A stretch of 40,047 bases of DNA from positions 1 through 40,047 of the forward strand of contig DASRTO010000580.1 in the NCBI GenBank assembly GCA_035655915.1, given 5' to 3'. Source of the stretch: Anaeromyxobacteraceae bacterium (lineage in GTDB: Bacteria; Myxococcota; Myxococcia; Myxococcales; Anaeromyxobacteraceae). Below the pieces are notes generated by a model, which had not been told where the DNA came from, did not search any database, and worked only from the letters and a program-made list of their open reading frames with translations. The position numbers and the translations under genes are program-made. Of the stretch, positions 17,538 through 25,861 are shown in pieces. Position 1 is the first letter of the stretch, and every line of letters starts with the position of its first letter.

Positions 17538-17556
17538 GAATCAATCATTTTGATTC
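17538..17556. promoter_or_regulatory. Perfect 7-bp inverted repeat GAATCAA-N5-TTGATTC in an AT-rich island (candidate operator/UAS)
   Basis: Read directly in the sequence. It lies in the divergent region between the EBP gene (17367, minus) and the plus-strand operon starting at 17716, about 80 nt upstream of the sigma-54-like element. Confidence 0.4.
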
Positions 17557-17630
17557 ATTGCGTCTCGGCCGAGTCTAGCTAGCCCGGTCGCGATCTGCTC
17601 AACCTGCCGGAATCCCAAGGGCCGCGCCAC

Positions 17631-17647
17631 CTGGCACGGAGCGCGCT
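17631..17647 (+). promoter_or_regulatory. Sigma-54-type promoter candidate CTGGCACGG-N3-GCGCT
   Basis: It has a perfect -24 TGGCACG, exact GG-N10-GC spacing and a weak -12. It lies 69 nt upstream of the ATG at 17716. Confidence 0.5.
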
Positions 17648-17715
17648 TTGGCGGGGGCGAGCAGGAACCGGCGTCGGGGGGACGTGGACACCGGGCCGCG
17701 GAGGGAGGGACCTCG

Positions 17716-17973
17716 ATGGCGGGCACCCATGCCGGGGAGACGAGGGTGAGTCGAGCGCACCGACGCCGCCGGGGATCGTGGCTGGCGTGGGTCGAACGGC
17801 AGCTCCTGGCGGCGGCATTCGCCGAGGAGGGGCTGCACCGGGAGGCCCGACGACTCAGCGGCGGCGACGGGGCGTCCGGGGGCGACGAGGCGCTCCAGCT
17901 GCTCCTGGGGGCGCACGGAGTCCGGATGTTCTGCGGCTCCCTCTCGCCGGCGGCCCTGGCGGCGCGGCGCTGA
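17716..17973 (+). CDS. Mini-protein (85 aa) carrying the AAAFAEEG module
   Basis: A strong RBS (GGAGGGAGGGA) lies 5 nt upstream. The module ..SWLAWVERQLLAAAFAEEGLHREARRL.. is encoded at 17803-17856. This is the first gene of an 8-gene plus-strand operon. Confidence 0.55.
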   Translation: MAGTHAGETRVSRAHRRRRGSWLAWVERQLLAAAFAEEGLHREARRLSGGDGASGGDEALQLLLGAHGVRMFCGSLSPAALAARR

Positions 17974-17986
17974 GCCCGCGAAGGCC

Positions 17987-18517
17987 ATGCCATCCAGGGT
18001 CCACATCGTGTCGCCGGACGTCGCGTTCGCCGGGTCGATCGGGAGCCGGCTCGCGAGCTGGGGCCTGTCGGTCGCATGCGAGAGCGACTTCGGGAGGGTG
18101 ACGCCGTCCCTGGTCCAGCAGGAGCAGGTGGACGTCATCCTCCTCGACGTGCGACGGCCCGAGGGGGGGATCCTCCGATGGCTCTCCGCCTTGAAGGGAG
18201 CGCTCCCCTCGCTCGAGGTCATCCTCCTCGGCATGGCCGGGGAGATCGGCGTCTCGATCGAGGGCATGAAGGCGGGGGCGTCCTACGAGCTGTCGGTCCC
18301 GTTCGACACTGCGGCCCTGCGGAACGCCGTCTCGTCCGCCCTGCGCCGCCGCAACAAGAGGCTTCCAGCCGCCAGGCCATCCCTGCGGGAGATGTTCGAG
18401 CGAGCCATGACCGCGGCCACCTTCGCGCAGGCCGGCGAGTTCGAGACGGCGCGCCAGATCCTCGAGGAAGGCGGGGCCGGGCCAGGTCGACCCGGCCCGA
18501 AGGCGGGCCCGCAGTAG
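17987..18517 (+). CDS. Degenerate (pseudo-)receiver domain protein with a C-terminal TFAQAGE module
   Basis: It has a receiver-like fold (HIVSPD.., ILLDVRRPEGG, EVILLGMAG, YELSVPF). The conserved Thr/Ser and Lys positions read G and S. The tail MTAATFAQAGEFETARQIL is encoded at 18407-18463. Confidence 0.7.
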   Translation: MPSRVHIVSPDVAFAGSIGSRLASWGLSVACESDFGRVTPSLVQQEQVDVILLDVRRPEGGILRWLSALKGALPSLEVILLGMAGEIGVSIEGMKAGASYELSVPFDTAALRNAVSSALRRRNKRLPAARPSLREMFERAMTAATFAQAGEFETARQILEEGGAGPGRPGPKAGPQ

Positions 18518-18553
18518 GGCCCGGTGCAGCGTTCCACCAGCGAAGGAGGGGTC

Positions 18554-18997
18554 ATGGACGACATCCGGATACTGCTCGTCGACGACGAGGAGGAGTTCGT
18601 GCAGGCGCTGTCCGAGCGGCTCGGTCTCCGGGACCTCTCGAGCCAGACCGCCTTCGACGGCGAGGAGGCCTTGAGGTTCGTGGACGCCAACGCCCCCCAC
18701 ATCATGGTGCTCGACCTCAAGATGCCCGGGACCAGCGGCCTGGACGTGCTCCGCCTGGTGAAGAAGCAGCACCCCGCCCTCCAGGTCATCGTCCTCACCG
18801 GCCACGGCAACGACCTCGACGAGGCCGAGGCCCGGTCGATCGGGATCTTCGACTACCTGCGCAAGCCGGTCGACATCGAGGTCCTGGTGGGTCGCATCCG
18901 CGCCGCCTACCAGGAAGGCCGGAAGGGCACCTCCCTCACCGCTGCGGCCTTCGCCGAGGCCGGCGAGCTCGACACCGCCAGGCGCATCCTCGAATGA
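18554..18997 (+). CDS. Response-regulator receiver protein with a C-terminal AAAFAEAGE module
   Basis: ATG 18554 follows GAAGGAGGGG. The REC domain is canonical (ILLVDDEEE, VLDLKMPGTSG, VIVLTGHG, DYLRKPV). The tail LTAAAFAEAGELDTARRILE is encoded at 18935-18994. Confidence 0.85.
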   Translation: MDDIRILLVDDEEEFVQALSERLGLRDLSSQTAFDGEEALRFVDANAPHIMVLDLKMPGTSGLDVLRLVKKQHPALQVIVLTGHGNDLDEAEARSIGIFDYLRKPVDIEVLVGRIRAAYQEGRKGTSLTAAAFAEAGELDTARRILE

Positions 18998-19043
18998 GGA
19001 CCGCCGGACGCCAGGGGAGCGGCCCCGCCGGGCCGGGTCGCCC

Positions 19044-20774
19044 ATGAGAGTCCACACCGCGACCATCCCGGCCGAGGCGCTGCGCATCCAGCCGCGCGAG
19101 GCCTACTACGCACGGCAGAAGCGCCTCTTCGCGCTGGCGTTCATCCTGGTGTCACTGGTCCCGCTGGCGCTCCTGAACTACGAGGCCTCCCGCTTCTACC
19201 AGGCCTCCTGGATGGAGAAGACCACCCTGGAGCTGGCGGGGATGGCGGCCAGCCGGCGGGAGCTCATCGACCTCTTCCTCCGGACCCAGGAGGCCCAGCT
19301 GGCGAGCCTGGTGGAGACGCACACCCAGGCCGAGCTGACCCGCGAGCCCAGGCTGCAGGATCTGTTCCGGGCGGTGAGCCGGAACGGCGTCATCACCGAC
19401 CTGGGGGTCATCGACCGCGAGGGTCGCCACCTCGCCTACGCCGGGCCCTTCCAGCGGGAGCTGGCGGGCCGGAACTACGCCGGCGCCGAGTGGTTCGCCG
19501 AGGTCATGAGGACCGGCCGCTACGTGAGCGACGTGTTCCCCGGCTACCGGAACGTGCCCCACATCATCGTGGCCGTGACCGACGCCCGCAAGGACTGGAT
19601 CCTGCGGGCCACCATCGATTCCGGGCTGTTCAACGGCCTGGTGGCCAGCGCCAACGTGGGCCCCGGGGGCGACGCCTACATCATCGACCTGCAGGGGCGG
19701 CTCCAGACGCCGAGCCGCCATGGCCACCAGCGCATCCCCCCGGAGGAGGTCCGGCCCATCGCCCGCCTGGCGGACGGCGGCCGGATGTCCGACGCCATCG
19801 GCGGAAGCCTGTTCGCCGCCGCCCGGCTGAACGGCGGCACGTGGCTGCTGGTCCTCGAGACCAACGTCGACTCCTCGCTGGCCGCCTATCACCGGGCGCG
19901 GCAGCGGAACGGCCTCATCATCCTGGCGGCGGCGGTGGCCATCGTCCTGGTGGCCGTGCTGCTCACGCGCTCCATGGTGGATCGCCTCGCCCGGGCGGAC
20001 GGCCAGCGGGCGGCCCTCTCCGAGCGGGTGCGGCACGTCGAGAAGATGGCCCTGGTGGGACGGCTGGCGGCCAGCGTGGCCCACGAGATCAACAACCCGC
20101 TCCAGAACATCTCGGAGCACGCCGGCCTGGTGGACGAGATCCTCCGCGGCGGGGCGCCCGCGGGCGGGGCCGACCTGGAGGAGTGCCACCGGTCGCTCCA
20201 GAAGATCCGCGACCAGGTGACGCGGGCCTCGGCCATCACCCACCGCCTGCTGGGCTTCTCGCGCGCCCCGGATCGCCCGCGCGAGCCAGCCGACTTGAAC
20301 CGGGCCGTGGAGGACACCATCGCCCTCCTGGAGGGTGAGGCCAGGCGCCACCGGATCGCCATCGCCCGAGATTTCCAGTCGGACCTGGCGCCGGTCGGGA
20401 CCGACCCCGGCCAGCTCCAGCAGGTGGTCCTGAACGTCCTCGGCAACGCCATGGACGCCATCGGCTCCGGCGGGGAGATCCGGGTCGCCACCCGCGCCGA
20501 CGGGCCCTGGCTGCGCATCGACGTCCTGGACAGCGGGCCCGGCCTCCCGGCGGAGGCCCTGGCGCGCATGTTCGATCCCTTCTTCACCACCAAGCGAAAC
20601 GGGAAGGGCACCGGCCTCGGGCTCTTCGTGTCCCGCAACATCATGGAGCGGCTGGGAGGCGATCTCACCGCCTCGAACCGCGCCGGGGGCGGTTCGGTCT
20701 TCACCATCCGGCTCCCGGCCCCGGGCCCGCACCATGCCCCCCCTCCTCTCGACGCCCAACCAGGGAGACCCTGA
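19044..20774 (+). CDS. Sensor histidine kinase with a periplasmic Cache-like domain
   Basis: It has two TM segments and a Cache-like region (..AEWFAEVMRTGRYVSDVFPGYRNVPHIIVAV..) paralogous to the 13875..15605 kinase. The H-box is AASVAHEINNPL and the HATPase shows GTGLGL. Confidence 0.9.
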   Translation: MRVHTATIPAEALRIQPREAYYARQKRLFALAFILVSLVPLALLNYEASRFYQASWMEKTTLELAGMAASRRELIDLFLRTQEAQLASLVETHTQAELTREPRLQDLFRAVSRNGVITDLGVIDREGRHLAYAGPFQRELAGRNYAGAEWFAEVMRTGRYVSDVFPGYRNVPHIIVAVTDARKDWILRATIDSGLFNGLVASANVGPGGDAYIIDLQGRLQTPSRHGHQRIPPEEVRPIARLADGGRMSDAIGGSLFAAARLNGGTWLLVLETNVDSSLAAYHRARQRNGLIILAAAVAIVLVAVLLTRSMVDRLARADGQRAALSERVRHVEKMALVGRLAASVAHEINNPLQNISEHAGLVDEILRGGAPAGGADLEECHRSLQKIRDQVTRASAITHRLLGFSRAPDRPREPADLNRAVEDTIALLEGEARRHRIAIARDFQSDLAPVGTDPGQLQQVVLNVLGNAMDAIGSGGEIRVATRADGPWLRIDVLDSGPGLPAEALARMFDPFFTTKRNGKGTGLGLFVSRNIMERLGGDLTASNRAGGGSVFTIRLPAPGPHHAPPPLDAQPGRP

Positions 20775-20776
20775 CC

Positions 20777-22102
20777 ATGACATGGCTACGACGCTTCCAC
20801 GACGGGATGGTCCTCGGCGCGCGCGCCTACGCTCGGTGGGACATCTCGACCTCCAGGCGGATCCTCGGCGATCGCCGCAGGCTCCTGGCGCTGGTCCTGC
20901 TCCTGCTCCCCATCGCGCTCGGCGGCTGGGCCTTCGCCGGCGAGATCGGGGAGGCGCTCCCGGCGCTCCTCGGCGGCAAGCAGGCCTACGGGCCGGCCCA
21001 CTACACCACCGCCATCTTCCTGGCCTCGACCGCAGTCGGCGTGGTGGCCGGCCTCATCACCGGGTGCATCGGCGCCGGCGGCGGCTTCATCATCGCCCCG
21101 GCCCTGATGAGCGCGGGGGTGAAGGGCATCCTGGCGGTGGGCACCGACCTCTTCCACATCTTCGCCAAGGCCATCATGGGGAGCGTGCTCCACCGCAAGC
21201 TGGGGAACATCTCGGTCTCCCTGGCCAGCATCTTCCTGGTGGGCTCGATCGGCGGCGCCACCCTGGGCGGCTACGTCAACCGCACCCTGTACGAGGCGAA
21301 CCCCATCCTCTCCGACGCCTTCATCACCTCGATCTACGTCTTCATCCTCGGCTTCCTCGGCTTCTACGGGATGGCCGACTACCTCCGGTCCCGCAAGGCC
21401 AGGGCCCTCCCGTCGCGCCCCTCCAAGAGCGGGAGGAAGGCCTCCGCGGTCGAGGACACGACCGGGCTGGCCAGGAAGCTCCAGGCGATCCACCTGCCCC
21501 CCATGCTCTCCTTCGACCAGGGCGTGGTCCCGGGCGGGCGGAGGATCTCGGCCGTCTTCCTGGTCATGAGCGGCGGGCTGGTGGGCCTGGCCGCGGCCAT
21601 CATGGGCGTGGGCGGCGGCTTCCTCACCTTCCCCATCTTCGTCTACGTGCTGGGCGTCTCGTCGGCCACCACGGTGGGGACCGACATCTTCCAGATCGTC
21701 TTCACGGCCGGGTACGCCGGCATCAGCCAGTACGCGGTCTACGGCTTCATCTTCTACACCCTGGCCATGGGCATGCTCCTCGGATCCCTCATCGGCATCC
21801 AGGTCGGGACCCTGGTGACCAAGGTGGTCCCGGGCCCGACCATCCGGGGCTTCTACGCGCTGGCGGTCATGTCCGCCTTCGTCAACCGAGTCTTCGCCCT
21901 GCCCGGGAAGCTGGTGGGGCTCGAGGTGCTCCCCATCTCGGCGGACGCGGCCAGGGTCGTCGAGAGCGCCGGCATGTACACCTTCTTCATCGTGCTCGGC
22001 AGCTTCGCCCTCTGGGTGTTCTGGACCTTCTTCACCAACGTCCGGACCCTGAAGGGCGAGCCCGAGGAGGTCTACGCGGCCACGGAGGAGATCCAGGCAT
22101 GA
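20777..22102 (+). CDS. TauE/SafE-family anion permease, long form (cassette 2)
   Basis: 441 aa with two TauE half-signatures, GLITGCIGAGGGFIIAPALM and GLAAAIMGVGGGFLTFPIFV. It starts 3 nt after the kinase stop, and its own stop overlaps the next start as ATGA. Confidence 0.85.
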   Translation: MTWLRRFHDGMVLGARAYARWDISTSRRILGDRRRLLALVLLLLPIALGGWAFAGEIGEALPALLGGKQAYGPAHYTTAIFLASTAVGVVAGLITGCIGAGGGFIIAPALMSAGVKGILAVGTDLFHIFAKAIMGSVLHRKLGNISVSLASIFLVGSIGGATLGGYVNRTLYEANPILSDAFITSIYVFILGFLGFYGMADYLRSRKARALPSRPSKSGRKASAVEDTTGLARKLQAIHLPPMLSFDQGVVPGGRRISAVFLVMSGGLVGLAAAIMGVGGGFLTFPIFVYVLGVSSATTVGTDIFQIVFTAGYAGISQYAVYGFIFYTLAMGMLLGSLIGIQVGTLVTKVVPGPTIRGFYALAVMSAFVNRVFALPGKLVGLEVLPISADAARVVESAGMYTFFIVLGSFALWVFWTFFTNVRTLKGEPEEVYAATEEIQA

Positions 22103-22788
22103 TTCACGACAAGAGAGAGTTCGCGATCGGGGCGGCGCTGACCGCGGTCTTCCTGGCCGGGCTGGGGGTCGTCTTCAGCCCCATCTTCGAGAACGGCCGG
22201 AACACCCTCGACTTCCTGGACGGCGTCTTCAACTCCATCTCCAAGGCCTCCGCCTACTACGTCCCGGCCTCGAGGGAGAAGGCGAGGCGGCTCGAGGGCC
22301 GGGCCGTCTCGGTCGCCATCAAGCTGAAGGACGCCGACCAGGCGTCCCTGGCGGCCCTGCTGCTCGGCTCGTCCGGCGCCGCCGTCGGGGTCGAGGGGAC
22401 ACGACTCGCGGTGTCGGGCGACCTCGGCCGGATCCTGGCCACGGCCCTGACGGACGCCGATGCCATGTTCGAGAACGACGGCGCCAGCGTCTCGGGACGG
22501 TACCGGGTCGAGGGGCGGCGAGTGCTCCACGCCTGGCACGCGGCGCTGGGGGAGGCCATGAAGGACCTGAACCGGCAGGGGATGTTCAGGGAGGCCGCCG
22601 TCGTCAGGGACTCCATCACCAAGGCCATCGAGCCGGCCTACAACTACTACGGGGTGAAGGCCGTCCCCATGAAGGACATGGGCGGGATCGCCCTGCTGGC
22701 CCTGATCGGCTACGTGGTCTATACGGTCTGGTACGGCTACGCGATCCTGTTCCTCTTCGAGGGCTGGGGCCTGAAGCTCGAGCATTGA
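22099..22788 (+). CDS. Hypothetical bitopic membrane protein (229 aa; N- and C-terminal TM helices flanking a soluble domain)
   Basis: The ATG at 22099 overlaps the TauE stop (ATGA). TM1 is FAIGAALTAVFLAGLGVVF and the C-terminal TM is IALLALIGYVVYTVWYGYAILFLF. No family recognised. Confidence 0.7.
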   Translation: MIHDKREFAIGAALTAVFLAGLGVVFSPIFENGRNTLDFLDGVFNSISKASAYYVPASREKARRLEGRAVSVAIKLKDADQASLAALLLGSSGAAVGVEGTRLAVSGDLGRILATALTDADAMFENDGASVSGRYRVEGRRVLHAWHAALGEAMKDLNRQGMFREAAVVRDSITKAIEPAYNYYGVKAVPMKDMGGIALLALIGYVVYTVWYGYAILFLFEGWGLKLEH

Positions 22789-22876
22789 CGGCGGCGCGGC
22801 CTTGGCCCGGGCCCCGCCAGGGCCGCGGCCGGTTTCCCAACGCGACGGGATCCTGGGAGAATTCCCGCCAGCGCCG

Positions 22877-25429
22877 ATGGCCTGGCTCCTGAAAGCCCTG
22901 TCGCAGCTGTTCCGGCCGGCGCCGAAGCCGGGCGCCGCGGAGCTCCAGGCCGCCTTCCGCTCCCGGTACCGGAGCTTCCGCTCCCTCATCACCGCCAACA
23001 ACGCCGCGCTCGAGACCATGGCCGAGATGGAGGCCGCCCTCCACTCGGGCAAGCCCTTCGGCATGGCCTTCGTCCGGGGACAGTGCACCGCCCTGGGCGT
23101 GAACGTGTACAAGATGATCCAGGGACTCCGGGAGCTCTCGGACGGCCGCTACCGGGACCTCCCGGAGCGCTTCGGGCTCGTCACCGGACGCATCGAGGCC
23201 ATCCTCTCCCGGCAGCCCGAGGCGGTCGGCTCGAGCTACGTGCTCCCCCTGGAGGAGATCGACCGCCGCGCCGTGGACCAGGTCGGTGCCAAGCTGGCCA
23301 ACCTGGGGGAGGTCCGGAACCGCCTCGGCCTGCGGGTCCCGGAGGGATTCGCCATCACCGCGGCCGCCTCGCGGCACTTCCTGGAGTCCACCCATCTCCA
23401 GGACGAGATCAACCGCCGGCTGAAGACGCTGGACCTGGACGATCTCGAGGCCCTCTTCCGGACCAGCACCGCCATCCAGAAGCTCATCGGGTCCGCTCCG
23501 CTCCCGGAGGACCTCGAGCGGGCGATCCAGGACCAGTATCGCCGCCTGGCCGGGAAGGCCGGCGGGGCGCCGCTGCTCTCGGTTCGCTCCAGCGCGCTCG
23601 GGGAGGACGGCCGGCAGGCCTCCTTCGCCGGGCAGTACCGGACCCGGCTGAACGTGAGCCCGGAGCTCCTCGCCCATGCCTACAGGGGAATCGTGGCCGG
23701 CAAGTATCGCAGCCAGGCCATCGCCTACCGCCAGGAGCGCGGCTACCGCCACCAGGACGTGCTCATGTGCGTGGGCTGCCTGGTGATGGTGGACGCCGTC
23801 GCCAGCGGGGTGGCCTTCTCCCGGCCGCCGGACCAGCCCCGCAGCCCCTGGATCCTGATCTTCGCGGCGCCCGGCCTCGGGACCCAGGTGGTGGAGGGGC
23901 GCTCCCCCAGCGACGTGTTCCGGATCTCGCGCGACCCGCCTCACCCAATCGCCTCCCGCCAGGTCGCGAGCGCTGGCGGCGACGCCTGCCTTCCCGACGA
24001 GCAGGCCCGCGAGCTGGCCGCCGCTGCCGCGCGGATCGAGGATCACTTCGGGGCGCCCCAGGACATCGAGTGGGCCCTCGACCAGGCCGGCCGGATCGTC
24101 ATCCTCCAGGCCAGGCCAATCGGGAGGGCGGCGCCGCAGCCGGAGAGCGCCCCGTCGCCCGACCCGGACCAGGCCGAGGGACCGCCGCCGCTGCTCGCGG
24201 GCGGCGTCACCGCTAGTCGAGGGGCAGCCTGCGGCCCGGTGTTCACGGTGCGCTCCGGGGTGGACGCGGTCCATTTCCCTAGGGGAGCGGTACTGGTGGT
24301 GGAAACCCCCTACCCGGATTGGACCGTGCTCCTCAACCGGGCCGCCGCGGTGCTCAGCGCCTCGGGCCAGATCGCCACGCACCTGGCCACGGTGGCCCGG
24401 GAGTTCGCCCTGCCCGCCATCTTCGACCTGCCCGGCCTCCTGGAGCAGGTGACCGACGGCCAGATCGTGACCGTGGATGCCACCTCGCGCCGGGTCTACC
24501 CGGGCCGCGTCGAGGCCCTGCTGCGCTCGCCCCCAGCCCGGCCTAACCTCATGGAGGGGAGCCCCATCCACCGCCTCCTCAAGGAGACGCTCGGCCTGGT
24601 CACGCCCCTCCACCTGACCGCCCCGGGCTCGCCGTTCTTCAGGGCCTCGTCGTGCCGGACCCTGCACGACATCACCCGCTTCTGCCACGAGAAGGCCGTG
24701 GCCGAGATGTTCGACTTCGGGAGGCGGCACGGGTTCAGCGACCGCGCGGCCAAGCGGTTGGTCGTCGCCGAGGCGCCCTCGCAGTGGTGGGTCATCGACC
24801 TGGACGACGGGTTCCGGGAGGGCCTCGACACCTCGAGCCCCTTCGTCCGGGTCGAGGACGTCGTCTCGGCGCCCATGCGCGCCATCTGGAGGGGCATGAC
24901 CGCCGTCCCCTGGCACGGACCGCCGCCGGTGAGCCTTCGCGGCTTCGGCGCCATCGTGGTCCAGTCGACCATGAACCCCCGCCTCGATCCGGCGGTGCGC
25001 TCGAGCCTGGCCGGCCGGAACTACTTCCTGGTCTCGCGGAGCTTCTGCAATCTGAGCGTCCGGCTGGGCTACCACTTCGCCCTGGCGGAGGCGAACCTGT
25101 CCGATCTACTCGCCGAGTCCTACGTCAACTTCCAGTTCAAGGGGGGCGCCGCCGACGAGCCCCGGCGCCTGGGACGAGTGCAGCTCCTCGCCGAGACCCT
25201 GCGGGCCATGGACTTCCGGGTCGAGATGACCGGCGACGCCCTCACCGCCCGCATCGAGAAGAAGCCGGTGCCCTACCTCCGGGAGCGGCTGGTGGTGCTG
25301 GGATACCTGCTCATCCACGCGCGGCAGATCGACATGGTCATGGACGACGAGGCCTTCGTGGAGCGGTACCTCGAGAAGATCCATGCCGACATCCGGATGA
25401 TCCGCGAGCGGCTCGCCGAGGAGGTGTGA
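22877..25429 (+). CDS. PEP-synthase-like protein: helical N-region, ATP-grasp (PPDK_N-like) domain, phosphohistidine swivel domain, uncharacterised C-terminal domain; paralog of 3399..6803
   Basis: The start is taken at ATG 22877 (MAWLLK..). Domain signatures are ..VGAKLANLGEV.., VRSSALGEDGRQASFAGQYRTRLNV and the His domain SGQIATHLATVAREFALPAIFDL. The C-terminal region (..CRTLHDITRFCHEKAVAEMFDFG..NFQFKGGAAD..) is collinear with the C-terminus of the 3399..6803 product. Confidence 0.85.
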   Translation: MAWLLKALSQLFRPAPKPGAAELQAAFRSRYRSFRSLITANNAALETMAEMEAALHSGKPFGMAFVRGQCTALGVNVYKMIQGLRELSDGRYRDLPERFGLVTGRIEAILSRQPEAVGSSYVLPLEEIDRRAVDQVGAKLANLGEVRNRLGLRVPEGFAITAAASRHFLESTHLQDEINRRLKTLDLDDLEALFRTSTAIQKLIGSAPLPEDLERAIQDQYRRLAGKAGGAPLLSVRSSALGEDGRQASFAGQYRTRLNVSPELLAHAYRGIVAGKYRSQAIAYRQERGYRHQDVLMCVGCLVMVDAVASGVAFSRPPDQPRSPWILIFAAPGLGTQVVEGRSPSDVFRISRDPPHPIASRQVASAGGDACLPDEQARELAAAAARIEDHFGAPQDIEWALDQAGRIVILQARPIGRAAPQPESAPSPDPDQAEGPPPLLAGGVTASRGAACGPVFTVRSGVDAVHFPRGAVLVVETPYPDWTVLLNRAAAVLSASGQIATHLATVAREFALPAIFDLPGLLEQVTDGQIVTVDATSRRVYPGRVEALLRSPPARPNLMEGSPIHRLLKETLGLVTPLHLTAPGSPFFRASSCRTLHDITRFCHEKAVAEMFDFGRRHGFSDRAAKRLVVAEAPSQWWVIDLDDGFREGLDTSSPFVRVEDVVSAPMRAIWRGMTAVPWHGPPPVSLRGFGAIVVQSTMNPRLDPAVRSSLAGRNYFLVSRSFCNLSVRLGYHFALAEANLSDLLAESYVNFQFKGGAADEPRRLGRVQLLAETLRAMDFRVEMTGDALTARIEKKPVPYLRERLVVLGYLLIHARQIDMVMDDEAFVERYLEKIHADIRMIRERLAEEV

Positions 25430-25432
25430 GAG

Positions 25433-25810
25433 ATGGAACGGGCGCTTCGCATCCTCCTGGTGGACGACGAGGAGGACTTCCTGGAGCCGACCTCGAAGCG
25501 GCTGCGGCGGCGCGGCTTCGAGGTGAAGACCGCCAGGCGCTGCCAGGAGGCCATGTCCGAGGTGGCAGCCGGCTGGCCCGAGGTGGTGGTCCTCGACGTG
25601 ATGCTCCCGGACACCGACGGCCTGGAGTGCCTGCGGCGGATCAGGCGAGCCTCGCCCCTTCTGCCGGTGGTCATCCTCAGCGCCCACGCCTCCATGCAGG
25701 CCGGGGTCCAGGGAATCGAGCTGGGCGCCAGCGACTACTGCCTGAAGCCCATCGAGCTCGACGAGCTCGTCGAGAAGATCCAGATCGCGCTCAAGGAGGC
25801 GGGGCGCTGA
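25433..25810 (+). CDS. Stand-alone response-regulator receiver protein
   Basis: 125 aa with canonical receiver residues: ILLVDDEED, VVLDVMLPDTDG, VVILSAHAS and DYCLKPI. It starts 4 nt after the upstream stop. Confidence 0.9.
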   Translation: MERALRILLVDDEEDFLEPTSKRLRRRGFEVKTARRCQEAMSEVAAGWPEVVVLDVMLPDTDGLECLRRIRRASPLLPVVILSAHASMQAGVQGIELGASDYCLKPIELDELVEKIQIALKEAGR

Positions 25811-25861
25811 CGGCCGCCCGGGGGCGGCGGCACCCGGGATGGCGCGAACCGGTCCCCGCGA

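Noticed and set aside
22616-25075. 819-aa minus-strand ORF and 23083..24216 / 24652..25887 plus-strand ORFs
   Set aside because: They are shadow frames of the 22877..25429 PEP-synthase-like gene and show no motifs.
25813-25828. GC hairpin GCCGCC..GGCGGC between the convergent receiver and TauE genes, a possible bidirectional terminator
   Set aside because: The stem is short with a minimal loop and there is no U-tract on either side. It is plausible but not supportable from sequence alone.
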